64,000 nt of DNA from Octopus vulgaris (lineage: Eukaryota): assembly GCA_951406725.2 (NCBI GenBank), contig OX597836.1:23932001-23996000 (forward strand), read 5' to 3'. The notes under the pieces are model-generated. The model saw only the letters and a program-made list of their open reading frames with translations. It was not told the origin of the DNA and did not search any database. Positions within the stretch are counted from its first letter, which is position 1, and each line of letters starts with the position of its first letter. This document shows, piece by piece, positions 15,210 through 27,183 of this stretch. The translations under genes were made by a program, and so were the position numbers.

Positions 15210-16121
15210 CACGCATACATACATACATACATACATACATACATACATACACTAGAAGTCATGCAACTATATGTATAAATACTCATGTATTCATTAAAAC
15301 CATAGATCTGCACATCATACAGAAGCACTCATACATGTGCATAAACAGAAGTGCTGTAGTAGAAACCCTCAGTTGTCCTCTGCGTTATCGTTTTCTATTC
15401 CACCTTGCTTTCCGTGATATGCACCGTCTACATAAGCTCTGAATATATATTTAGTAAATGAATGTTCCAGTTTTTCCACCTTCCGTCTCAAAAATATCGT
15501 CTGTTTCTCAGTCTGCCTAGCTCTTATTCTGAAGTCACTACTCAGCACCTTACATCAAATAGAACATTCTTCACTGCAGCATGACGTAGTACAAACATGT
15601 GATATATTAGCATCGACCAACGAACGTGTACAGTTAACATTTGGTTGCAAGATCTAATGATGATCACCTAAATTTACCGGTCATGTTCACAAGTGTCACA
15701 GCCTTGATTATGATTGACTTTCCAAGGGTTTTATCGACGCGAATCATATACCAATATTACTTTTTAGAAGTGCATTGTGGGGGATTAATAGCTATTGCTT
15801 TGGTTTGGGCGAGGAACATTCGGTTGTTCGACCAACTAAAATATTTACTCATTAAAATGAAGAGTAAATTGCTTAGTTTTCCACTGGTATATGTACGCAA
15901 TATACATTTCAGGCAACGTGTCAAGCATGAGCGTAAAAATTACAAGTGTTATCAAAGTGCGTTACCCGTACTCGGTTTTACTCAAAAATAATGTAAATGA
16001 CATTTGCTGAAGATATCCTGCTAGCAAATATAAACCACTTAAGTACTCTATCATACTTACATCTATAGTAGGCAGTAATCGATTTAAGAATGCAATACAC
16101 CATTGGAAGAATTTGTCCGAA

Positions 16122-16542
16122 ATATTTATTTCTGTATTGCCCACAGGGGGCTAGACCTAGAGGGGACAAACAAGGACAGACAAAGGGAATAAGCAGATTA
16201 CTTCGACCCCAGTGCGTAACTGGTACTTATTTAATCGACGCCGAAAGGATGAAAGGCAAAGTCGACCTCTGCGGAATTTGAACTCAGAACGTAACGGCAG
16301 ACGAAATACCTATTTCTTTACTACCCACAAGGGGCTAAATACAGAGAGGGCAAACAGGGACAGATAAACGGATTAAGTCGATGACATCGGCCCCAGTGCG
16401 TAACTAGTACTTAATTTATCGACCCCGAAAGGATGAAAGGCAAAGTCGACCTCGGCGGAATTTGAACTCAGAACGTAGCGGCAGACGAAATACCGCTAAG
16501 CATTTCGCCCGGCGTGCTAACGATTAGGCCAACTCGTCGCCC
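16122..16542 (-). mobile_element. SINE family A with duplicated body
   Basis: Reverse complement of 3796-4241, including the second body and the tail TGTGGGCAATACAGAAATAAAT. Confidence 0.85.
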
Positions 16543-17748
16543 TTTACCAAATTTGTCCAAAATATTGATTCGACGCAATCAGTTCACATCAGATGTCCGA
16601 TTTATTCAATAGATATTAGCCTAAATTTGCGTTCAAAATCTGCTCGCAGATCGTGTATCGAATAAAAAAGATCATATGTTTATCTGTGACTATGTTTATT
16701 TAAGTACAAAAACATAAAAGTGTTCATCTCCCGTTCATTATGGAAATGCGCAGTCTAGAAATATCTTTTTATGTGTGATAACTAAATATTTTAATCCATA
16801 GCTTTTGGACATCTGATTTTGCACTCACATGAACTGTTTTCATAAGTGGAAAGAGGGAAAGCTAGTTTCTTTTTCATCTTTTTTTCATCCGTCTACGCCT
16901 ATAAAGACTATACATTTAAATGAAATTATATTTAAAAAATGCGAAGCTATAAACTATGAATCGATCATGCTATAGTTATTAAGTATCCATATAACCTTAA
17001 TAACACTATTACCACGCAAAATATTGATATTCATTGTAGCTAGAAGGGAAGCTATTTTCAGAAAATAATAATGCTTTAAATCTAATACCGATGTTGTTTT
17101 TATGTTCTATTCGCGTTTGCTCTGCTCAGAAACTCTTTTTCGATTTATGCAAACAACGAATGGTGTATTGTATAGATTATGTCTATTTTGTAAAACGCTT
17201 CATCCGACCATCGAGTTTAAAGTTGCCTTGCTGTTGCTATGAGACAAAAATTTGACCTCGTGTTTGAATAAGACCGATATTTGTAATGAATAGAGAAGTT
17301 GAGATTAATAAAATGAATGAATATATAACTAAATAATAAACATAATTACGATTAAACTATACAAAGAACTCGGATATAGGTGAAAATTTTAGAAAATGTA
17401 AAGGCAGAAATTCTTAAAATGCAAATAGATTAATGTAACACAACGAAGAAATAAGTGACTTTTCTGTAAGGGATATAGTTCTGAACGCATATCGAGAATT
17501 GCAAAGACTCAATTTTCATGAAGCGCTCTGACGACACCCACTCTAAAAACTGAAACAAATAAAAAAATTACTGTAAACTTGGTATCTAAATTTTTGTACA
17601 GCTTATAACGCCACACGTTTTTAGGTAAAAATGACTACAGGTTTTCTTTCTCGACTGTGTATTACATACAGCAAACAGTAATGAGTAAATTATAAACTTT
17701 AAATGGTTTAGTAACCGAGTTAATAAAAGGTGACATTGTCATCTTACG

Positions 17749-17820
<72 letters not shown>

Positions 17821-17824
<4 letters not shown>

Positions 17825-18909
17825 GCGAATAAATTGAGGATATAATCATTAAAATGATTGTACCAGTGGTCAGCGTATAAAAAAAACCATATCGGTAAAA
17901 TTAATATTTAGGCATATAATTATGAATATATGATTCAAATTAAGGGCGCTGGAGGGTCAACGCCAATACGCTAGACGCAGATGTCGAATGTCTACAAACC
18001 ACTCTAAATTTGTTCTCATTTTTGTACAAGGCAGAATGCGAGGAAATAGAAAAGATTTATAGAATTTCGGACAACGATATCTTAAGATTTCGTGTTTTGT
18101 AATAAAAATTACTCTTCGGCAGACGTATACTGGAAAACATATAAGTGAAAACTATATATACATACCGATAAATACTTGCGTACAGATACCAATATATACA
18201 TACATTTCCCACGTATACATTATATTTAATCGCCCATGTGGTTATTGTCAGAATAGTACCGGAGCAAATATAATGACTAGAGAACTCATGAGTATATATT
18301 AGTTTATATTAAATATAACGTATACGTGGGAAATGTATGTATATATTGGTATCTGAAGGCAAGTATTCATCGGTATCTATATATATTTTTCATTTAAATA
18401 TTGTTGGCATACTTCTACTGAAGAGTGTAAAGTAATTTTAATTACCATCCAACGAATTAACTATGATTATATATTAAATTTAATTTTACCGATGTGCTGC
18501 TTTCTATACGTTGGCCACTGGTATAATCATTTTAATGTATATATCCTCATTTTATACGCATACATATTTGAGGTCTCTAGTCATTATATTTGCTCCGGTA
18601 CTCTTCTGACAATAACCACATGACTGAGATGGGCGATTAGATATAATGTATTCGTGGGAAATGTATGTATATATCGATATCTGTACATAAGTATTTATCG
18701 GTATGTATATATAGTTTTCACTTAGATATTGTTGGTGTACTTCTACTGAAGAGTGTAAAGTAATTTTTATTGCTAAAAACACGAAATCTTAAGATATAGA
18801 GTTGCCCGACATTTTATAAACCCTCTTGCAAAAAGAACAAATTTAGAGTAGCTTGTAGACATTTGACATCTACTTCTAGCGTATTGGCTTTGTCCCTCCA
18901 GTGCCCTTA
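17821..18909. repeat. Complex foldback made of interleaved inverted repeats
   Basis: About 17821-17905 is inverted at about 18480-18562; about 17941-18290 is inverted at about 18568-18909; an extra partial inverted copy lies at about 18318-18445. Confidence 0.85.
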
Positions 18910-18976
18910 CCGCGTGTGTACCGTTGGCGATTTTTTTTCGTCCGTCTTCCCTTCTTTGGATCTTTCCGTTTCCTAT

Positions 18977-19011
18977 GTTTCTGAAGAAGAGCTCTGCTCG
19001 AAACGTTAAAC
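18977..19011 (+). ncRNA. Minimal type I hammerhead ribozyme motif (Penelope-like-element type)
   Basis: GTTT-CTGAAGAA-GAGC-TCT-GCTC-GAAA-CG-TT-AAAC: conserved core, 4-bp stem II, palindromic AACGTT stem III, GTTT/AAAC stem I. Confidence 0.65.
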
Positions 19012-19099
19012 CCTCCTTTCCTGAGCGTCCAATAATACTATTCTTGTTCCATGTCCTTGCGTTGTTGTGTTTTCTCTTTGTGTTTTCATGTTTGGATTA

Positions 19100-19176
<77 letters not shown>

Positions 19177-19182
<6 letters not shown>

Positions 19183-19472
19183 GTGATCACCGTGACCGAC
19201 CAGGCTGTCAGATGTTGCTACACATCGCTGGTCACAATGCGCTTCACATTGTTTTAGCCTTCAAATGACGTCACCCCGCTGGCTAAGCAGGCCAACAGAA
19301 GAAAGAGTGAGAGAAAAATGTGACGAAAGAGTACAGCAGGGATCGCCACCCCCCTGCCGGAGCCTCGTGGATCTTTAAGTGTTTTCGCTCAATAAACACT
19401 CACAACGCCCGGTCTGGGAATCGAAACCGCGATCTTACGACACTGCCCTAACCACTGGGCCATGCGCCTCCA
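19177..19472 (-). mobile_element. tRNA-derived SINE family C
   Basis: Minus strand TGGAGGCGCATGGCCCAGTGGTTAGGGCAGTG...GGTTTCGATTCCC (A and B boxes); homolog of 9805-10079. Confidence 0.82.
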
Positions 19473-19550
19473 CATATATGTATATGTATATATATATTTA
19501 TTTACACACACACATATATATATATATATATGCACATGCATACATATATA

Positions 19551-19700
19551 AAGAAAACAGAAAATGGAAAAATATTGATGAACAACAATTGACTTACATC
19601 AATTATTATTTATTAATTCAATACAAATAGACTGCATCTCATATTGAATTAATAAATAATAATTGTTGTTCATCAATATTTCTCTATGTTCTGTTTTCTT
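19551..19700. repeat. AT-rich hairpin (inverted repeat with arms of about 60 bp)
   Basis: AAGAAAACAGAA...AATATTGATGAACAACAATT...AATTATTATTTATTAATTCAATA pairs with TATTGAATTAATAAATAATAATTGTTGTTCATCAATATT...TTCTGTTTTCTT. Confidence 0.8.
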
Positions 19701-20125
19701 TAAATTTTGATTCCTGATAAACTATATTTATCTTTGTCTTTACCTATAACTTATGAGCATAATTTGCTTGCATATGCATGCACATGGTTTAACAGGTAAA
19801 ATATCGGTAGTATAATGGATACTTCTAACCCTTAGACGGTTATTTTAACCTCTAACACACACACACACACGCAAATCACACACACACGCAAGCACACACA
19901 TGCACGCACACCACTCGTAGCCTGGATGTGCTAATTAATATTCATTATAAAATCTGCTATTTTCGCTAAAAGCTAATTTGTACACAACTCGCTAGCTGAT
20001 GCATGACCACAGGCTGTTTGGTTAGTATCACTCTGTATCGATCTATATGATTTTCTGGTTAACATTCGGCTTGGGTAGCTGCCGCTGATGATACATGAGA
20101 GGGTAAAATCACGTGATGCGATAGT

Positions 20126-20195
<70 letters not shown>

Positions 20196-20366
20196 GCACA
20201 CACACACGCACACACACATACACACACACACACGTTATTTTGAAAATATCTTACATGTAGCTTATATATACACAAATACTTCCTCCTTTTGTCTATTCTG
20301 TCTATCACTCTGGTTCTCTCTTTCTCTCTCTTTTCTTTCTCTCTCTCTCTCTCTCTCTCTTATATA

Positions 20367-20447
<81 letters not shown>

Positions 20448-21253
20448 ATGAGTACAATGAGTAAGATTTACTGCATTTTTTTTGGGGAGCAAAAGTTCAC
20501 TACAAATGTCCACTACCTTATAAAAAATATATCAGTTAAGTAAATGACCTTCCCTAAATACATTAAAACCACTATAACTTAATTTGAACATTGTTTCATA
20601 AAATTATCTCAGTCGTCTTTGAGCATATCAACGAAAAATTTAGCCAAGATAAGTTTGCCTCTTCAATTCTCGGGAATTACATTTGGGAAAAAGATCATAC
20701 ACATGAATATCCCTCCTTAGATATCACAAGGATGATCAAATGAAAGATGATCATGGAAAAATAATACATAAAATGAAATAAAGGAAACTCCACTAAGCGT
20801 AAAATATTCTCTATAGTTTCTCCGCGATCTGCTGTAATGGCTCTCTTCATGATATATTTACTGACCAAGTATTTAACAAGAAGGAATTATTGAAATTAGT
20901 CATTACACATTTTGTCCCAGTTAGACATCACTTTTTGATAATTGAAAATTATCAAATTAGACGTTGGTGTGAGAAAAATGTACTTGAAATCCAACAGAGA
21001 AAACAATATTGATTGTTAAAAATCAAAGATTATCCAGATAATTTCAAGTATAATTGGGTCAAATTGCGTAAAAATTTATTGAAAAATTAAGAAGAGGTAC
21101 TTGCCTCCTCCATCAACTTCAACAATAATAATATTGACCAAATTTCACTCTCACAATTTAAGCAATAATACAAAAGCTTTAGTGAAAGTGCAGCAAAGTG
21201 TGTATATATATATATATGTGTGTGTATGTGTGTGTGTGTGTAATATATATATA

Positions 21254-21299
<46 letters not shown>

Positions 21300-21300
<1 letters not shown>

Positions 21301-22021
21301 TTATACTGTTAAGTTTCACTCCATGGACCGTAGCCATGTTGGGGCACCGCCATTTACTTTCCTGCACTTTCACTAAACCTCCTCTGATGTGTGAAATTTA
21401 TCGGAAGAGGGCGTTTGACGTTATTACCCTCACCTCTGTTTTTTGCCTTGAGGTAGATTCATCCGTAACTCTTGACTGAAGGAGGTCCAGTTTTATTTTG
21501 AAAAAGCCTACATCCACGCCATGCAGGCCTTTCAGGCTTTGTGGGAGGATATTGAAGAGTTGTGGGCCTTTGAAGTCCAAACTGTTGCAGTATCTGTTTG
21601 TGCCCTGATGACAATGTTGGGAGTTTTGGTACCATGCAGTGGCGCCTCATCCTGATTTTTATGTATCTGACAATGCCAAAGTTTGGTACAAGTTTTTCTA
21701 GGATTTTCAGATGCATATTACTGCATATCTTTTCCGCCTTCGCTACAGGGAGTAGAGTCTCAACTTTTTCAGTCTCTCCTAGTAGCTGATATGTCGCATT
21801 GTGTCAATCTTATTCGTGTAGCTTCGCCGGGTTGCCTCGAGTCCCGTCGTTAATTTTACAGTTTCTCCTATTCTGAAAGTTCGAAAGATCCATCCGGCCA
21901 AGTGTCTGCATGTTAATGCCAATTTGGTAATATGTACCTGGAAAGATGCATCATCATAGGTCACGTACCAATTTCGGTTCAGGAATTGGAATCCCAAGTC
22001 GGCCAGTGTACCCTATCTGCT

Positions 22022-22025
<4 letters not shown>
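21300..22025 (-). mobile_element. CR1-clade LINE 3' fragment, degenerate, with internal deletion
   Basis: Fragments KILEKLVPNFGI, FKGPQLFNILP, LAGWIFRTFR; diverged 3' motif GGCGGTGCCCCAACATGGCT. Confidence 0.82.
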
Positions 22026-22098
<73 letters not shown>

Positions 22099-22106
22099 TT
22101 TGTTTT

Positions 22107-24624
22107 TCTTTATTTTTTATTTCATCTAGTATCAGCTCACGAGCTGTGGCCATGCTGGGGCACCGCCCTTTGGTGTTGCTACATAATTTTACTTTTTAGC
22201 AATTGACATTTGATGCATGGGAGAGATTGATACAGCTGCCCTCATCTGCACCTCCTTCTGCGAAGTTGGTTCATCTGGGACACCTGACAGAAAGAGGTCC
22301 AACTTTATTTTGAAGACACCTACATCCACCCCATGCAGGTCTCTCAGGTTCTTCGGGAGGATATTTAAGGGCTGCGGCTCTGAAGCCCAGGCTGTTGCAG
22401 TATTTTGTCCTACATCTTGGTGGCAAATTTGGAGTCCTTGGCACTATGCAGTGGCGCTCAGTTCTAGTATTTGTGTAACTCTCGATGTCAAAGTTTGAGA
22501 CAAGTCCTTCCAGAATTTTCCAGATGTATATTATGGCATATCTTTCTCGCCTACGCTCTAAGGAATAGAGTCTAAATATCTTGAGTTTTTCCCAATAGCT
22601 TATATGCTGCACAGAGGCTATCTTCTTCGTGTAGCTTCGGTGGATTGCCTCAAGTTCTGAGATTAATTTGACACTCGTTGGTGATCATAGCTGAGAGCAA
22701 TAGTCAAAGCGGCTTAGGACCAGTGTAATCTAGAGGACCATCATAGTTTCCTGGTCTCTTGTTCTAAAGGTTCTAAGAATCCATCCAGTCAGCTGCCTGC
22801 ATTTCATTGCCAATTTAGCAACATGCACATGAAAGGTTGTATCATTACTCATGTAAATGCCCAGGTCTCGCACTGACTGTGCCTCTGGGATTGCAATCTC
22901 CCCAGGTTCAGTGTATTTATTGGGTATTGCATTCAGTTTTGTATGCTGATAGCAAAAGGCTTGAAACTTTTCAACATTAAACTGCATGCTATTCTTTTCA
23001 GCCCACTTGTATATTTTATCCAGCTCACATTGTAGGTGCATAGTGTCTTCGGGGTTCTGTATTACCTGTGAGACTTTTGTATCATCTGCATAACTTGTGA
23101 TCGTGGCTCTCTTTGTGGCTGATTGCATGCCTGAGAGGGCCATTATGAACAGTAGTGGTCCTAAAACAGTGCCTTGCGGAACACTGTTCACTATTTGCGT
23201 GTCATTGGAGGTGGCCCATTGGCTACAACCACATGACTTCTATCTTTCAGAAAGTCATGAAGCCATTCTCCCAATTTTCCAACTATGCCGAGATCACGCA
23301 GTTTGTGACATATCATTCCATGATCGATTTTACCAAAGGCCTTTGCAAAGTCGAGATATATCACTTCCACATTTCAGTAGTTTAGCAGCTGTTTCAGCAC
23401 CAACTCATAGTGTTGTAAGAGCTGAGTTAGGCAGTTTCTTCCTGGTCGGAAACCATGTTGGGTGTCAGGCAGTAAGTAATTTTCTTCAAGGAATACGATT
23501 AGTTTTCTTCTGACTATTTGTTCCATGATCTTGCTGATGTATGAGGTCAGAGAGATAGGTCTGTAGTTCCTCGCCTCAGCTCTGCTACCTCATTTATGAA
23601 TAGGGCATATTCCACCCTCCTTCAGTTTTCTTGGAAGTTTGCCAGTTGCAAGGAAGCTCTGAAAGAGGAAATGCAGTGGTCTTGCTAGGACTCTCTTACA
23701 TACTATTAGAAGGATTGCTGGGAATCCATCGGGGCCAGTAACTGAGTTCGGGTTCATTTCATCTATAGCCCTCATTACATCGTCTTCCTTTATATTGATG
23801 TAATCGATCATTATTGCCTCTGATTTTATATCTGCAGTGGTAAAGAAGTCAGTTGGATTGCTAACTTGAAAATGCCCAAGGAGTGGAGTGAAAATACTTT
23901 TGAATTACTCATTTAGTATTTCACTTATCCTCATTGGATTTCCTGTGAGTGTACCATCATTTTCGAGGAGTGGCCCTATCCTGTAGTGCACCGAAGCTGT
24001 TTCTTTGGCAAATTTGGAGAGAGCTCTGGGGTTAGATTTTATATTGTCTATAGCTCAGGACTCTTTGTCTGCTCATTATTTTTCATGGGAGAGTTGCAGA
24101 TTTTTTTCAATCTCCAGGCGGGATTCTTCACTGTTTTCAATTTGTTTGTTTAGGCGATTTGAAACTTGTGTACGCCGTCTCATATGAATTTCATCTCTCT
24201 GGGGATTTTTTTCTTGTGTATAGTGGCCTTTCTCTCCGGGACACATTTGTAGCATATGGCTTGCATTACAGACTTGAATTGTTGAAGTTTCATGTCGATT
24301 TCCGGTGAGAAGAGACATTTAGGCCAGTTTTGTTTGAGGATCTTTTTCTCAATTTGTTTCCAGTTTGCCTTATGGAAGTTCAAGCTGGAAAGATTCTGAG
24401 AGTTTCTTCTAGGCTGCATGTTCATGCTTTCCTTTGGTCCGTACATAGTCAGCTCTACCATGTTGTGATTCGAGAGTAGCGTCGGTGTGATTTTCACATT
24501 ATGGATGAGATCCAAATTATTTGTGAAGCAGAGATCCAATATGTTACCAGCCCTGGTTGGTTGGAGTACAACTTGTTCTATGTACAAAGTATTGATGAGG
24601 TTCAGGAGAGACTTCACGTGTCTT

Positions 24625-24627
<3 letters not shown>
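22107..24627 (-). mobile_element. CR1-clade LINE, 5'-truncated and frameshifted, same subfamily as 1-2400
   Basis: Collinear in reverse with 1-2400; includes the endonuclease end [14 protein letters not shown]...SNHNMV and RT motifs VPQGTVLGPLLF and YADDTK. Confidence 0.92.
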
Positions 24628-24706
<79 letters not shown>

Positions 24707-25346
24707 CATACATAAATACATATATACACACACATATGTATATAGAGATAGAGATAGAGAGAGGGACCGGCAGAGAGAGAGAGAGGGAAACATATACGTA
24801 CATATATACAAATATATACACTAACACATATATTTGAAAGTTTGCACTAGCATCGTTGCATTCCTTTTCGTCTTGGGGCACCTGAACGCGACCAGGGTTC
24901 GAGGCTATTGTAGTCGAAACTTTTAACTGGGAAGGTACGGAAAATCTACACTTGTATTTACTTTTGGTTACTGCATATGTAAGCAAGAAATAGGTAAATC
25001 AATTCCAATGTAGATAAATGCATACACACGAGTGCGTGCACAGATTGTACATATGCATATATATATATATATATACAGAAGATGAAGAGTCTAGGTCAAT
25101 TTTTTCTCTACATCTCCGCATAAAATTTACGTTTTGTCTCCGATGACGGAATACCCAGTATATGGAAATGTGGATCAACTATTTGGGATATCCCAGAAAT
25201 GGCTGTCTGTGATTTTAATTTTTTACTTACTTCGCTTTAGCATTAAACAAATTTAAATTAACTGATAAGCGTGTACTGCTTTGATTAACTGATTTCCTCT
25301 TTTTTTAAATTATACACACACACACACATATATATATATATATGTT

Positions 25347-25416
<70 letters not shown>

Positions 25417-25608
25417 TATTTAAAAATTAATACGGAAGACGGAGTGTAACTAGAAGCATTTATTATTTATTACCACAACAATCTTTGGCTTCATTCTGCA
25501 CTGTTCCCTAGTGGGCGTGGAACGATGTAATATCACCAGATGCAATGTACAATACAAAAGAGCCTCATCACGCGACGTTAGCTGTATATGTATGTGTGTA
25601 TATATATG

Positions 25609-25664
<56 letters not shown>

Positions 25665-25750
25665 GGTGTGTATGTGTTTGTGTGTGAGTGTGTGTTTGTC
25701 TGATTGTGTGCGTTAACCAAAGAAAATCGGGATATATGAGATTTGAATAT

Positions 25751-25817
25751 ATGTATTTAACCTTCCCATTATGGTCATTTGTATTTATGTATTTAACCTT
25801 CCCATTATGGTCATTTG
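25751..25817. repeat. Tandem duplication with 36-bp period
   Basis: ATGTATTTAACCTTCCCATTATGGTCATTTG occurs at 25751 and 25787. Confidence 0.9.
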
Positions 25818-26043
25818 AAAGCCTTCATCATATAATGGTAATTTCAGTGTCTCAAATTATTTTGCTCTAAGAGAAAGGCTGCCCTCCGGGTGCTTTTCTG
25901 TTAGCCACTTGATAATATTTTGACATTGGCATATTTTTTTGGACGCCCCATGTTGAATTGCAGAATTCTAATGTGATATTTGTGTAATAACGAAATCAAA
26001 ACTGGAGTGAGCGCGTGTGTATCTTAGAGACAGTGTGTGTGTT

Positions 26044-26094
<51 letters not shown>

Positions 26095-26715
26095 GGAGAA
26101 CATTACAAACAATGAATGAAATAAACATGAAATGCAAACATCGTATAAGTAAAAGCTCGTTAAAATCTATCTTGTTCTGAATATTTAAATTTGTGAACTT
26201 AAAATATTCAATAATAAAATGAAGTTCAGAAAATAAATTTTCATGAAAACTTCAATTTATAAAACATCTCACTTGCTTCGTAAATATTACTGTCAGTAAT
26301 TTATTGTAGTTGTAATATATCTCTAATTTAAACAAACATTTTAACAAATCTCTAATTAAACAAATCTCTAATTTAAACAAACATGGGTTTCTAATTTAAC
26401 CCAGATTTTTTCCATTGGAGCTTGTTTTAATTGATTTTAATAGGAATTTTACTTTTGGAAATTATTGGATTTTTCGAAATTATCATATTTCTTTACGGGA
26501 TTGGATTCTTTTTCCATTTTTTTTTCCTTTTACTTGTTTCAGTCATTTGTCTGTGGCCCCACAATCGCCATAAACAATGTGGCCATAAGTATAGGGACTA
26601 TAGAACGCTGGTTTAAAGATAATTATCAGAAAGGGTAAATATGTTTCAAATTTAGAATAAACGATAAAAAAATGTCAGTGACAGAAAAAGCTGGAGACAA
26701 AATACTTTGTTGTTA

Positions 26716-26862
26716 AAGGTTCAAATCATGCCGTGGTCAGTTTTGTCTTTCATCTTTCCAATCTCCATAGAATAAGCTTCAGTTAAATACTGAGATCGAT
26801 TATTTCAACTACACCCCAAGCGCTCAAAATTTTGTAGCTATTTTCCCAGTGTTAGAAATTAT
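26716..26862 (+). mobile_element. Highly diverged SINE family A remnant
   Basis: GGTTCAAATCATGCCGTGGTCAGTTTTGTCTTTCATCTTT...AATACTGAGATCGAT aligns by eye to the family A core. Confidence 0.6.
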
Positions 26863-26896
26863 AATTAACTCTTAATTTTATTTCATTTTTTACTAG

Positions 26897-27183
26897 GATG
26901 TCGTGAAACAGCTTTCATATATGCAATAACGTCAGCTGCAATATCACACGCAGTCGCTAGAGCATGTGCCGCAGGAACTATTTATACATGTTCATGTGAT
27001 TATTCTGCAAAACCACCAGGGTATGAAACTGCTTCTCCTGGCTCAAACAACTGGAAGTGGGGCGGATGTAGTGATAATGCAAAATTTGGACATAAATTCG
27101 GACGGAGATTTGTTGATGTCGTTGAAAAAGGACAAGATATACGGTATATGATGAATTTACACAATAATGCAGCAGGTAGAGTG
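26897..27183 (+). CDS. Wnt1: Internal coding exon of a Wnt1/wingless-type ligand (equivalent to vertebrate Wnt1 exon 3)
   Basis: Acceptor TTTTTTACTAG|GA and donor GTG|GTGAGT; 2+285 nt. Translates as (G)[105 protein letters not shown] and EKGxDxRxxMNLHNN are characteristic of Wnt1, and the intron phases (1 and 0) match vertebrate Wnt1. Confidence 0.93.

Noticed and set aside
17528-17556. CTGACGA...GAAAC hammerhead-like core
   Set aside because: No stem II pairing between the two boxes.
19405-19472. tRNA-like sequence
   Set aside because: It is a SINE head continuing into a repeat body, with no full cloverleaf or terminator; the same applies to the other SINE heads.
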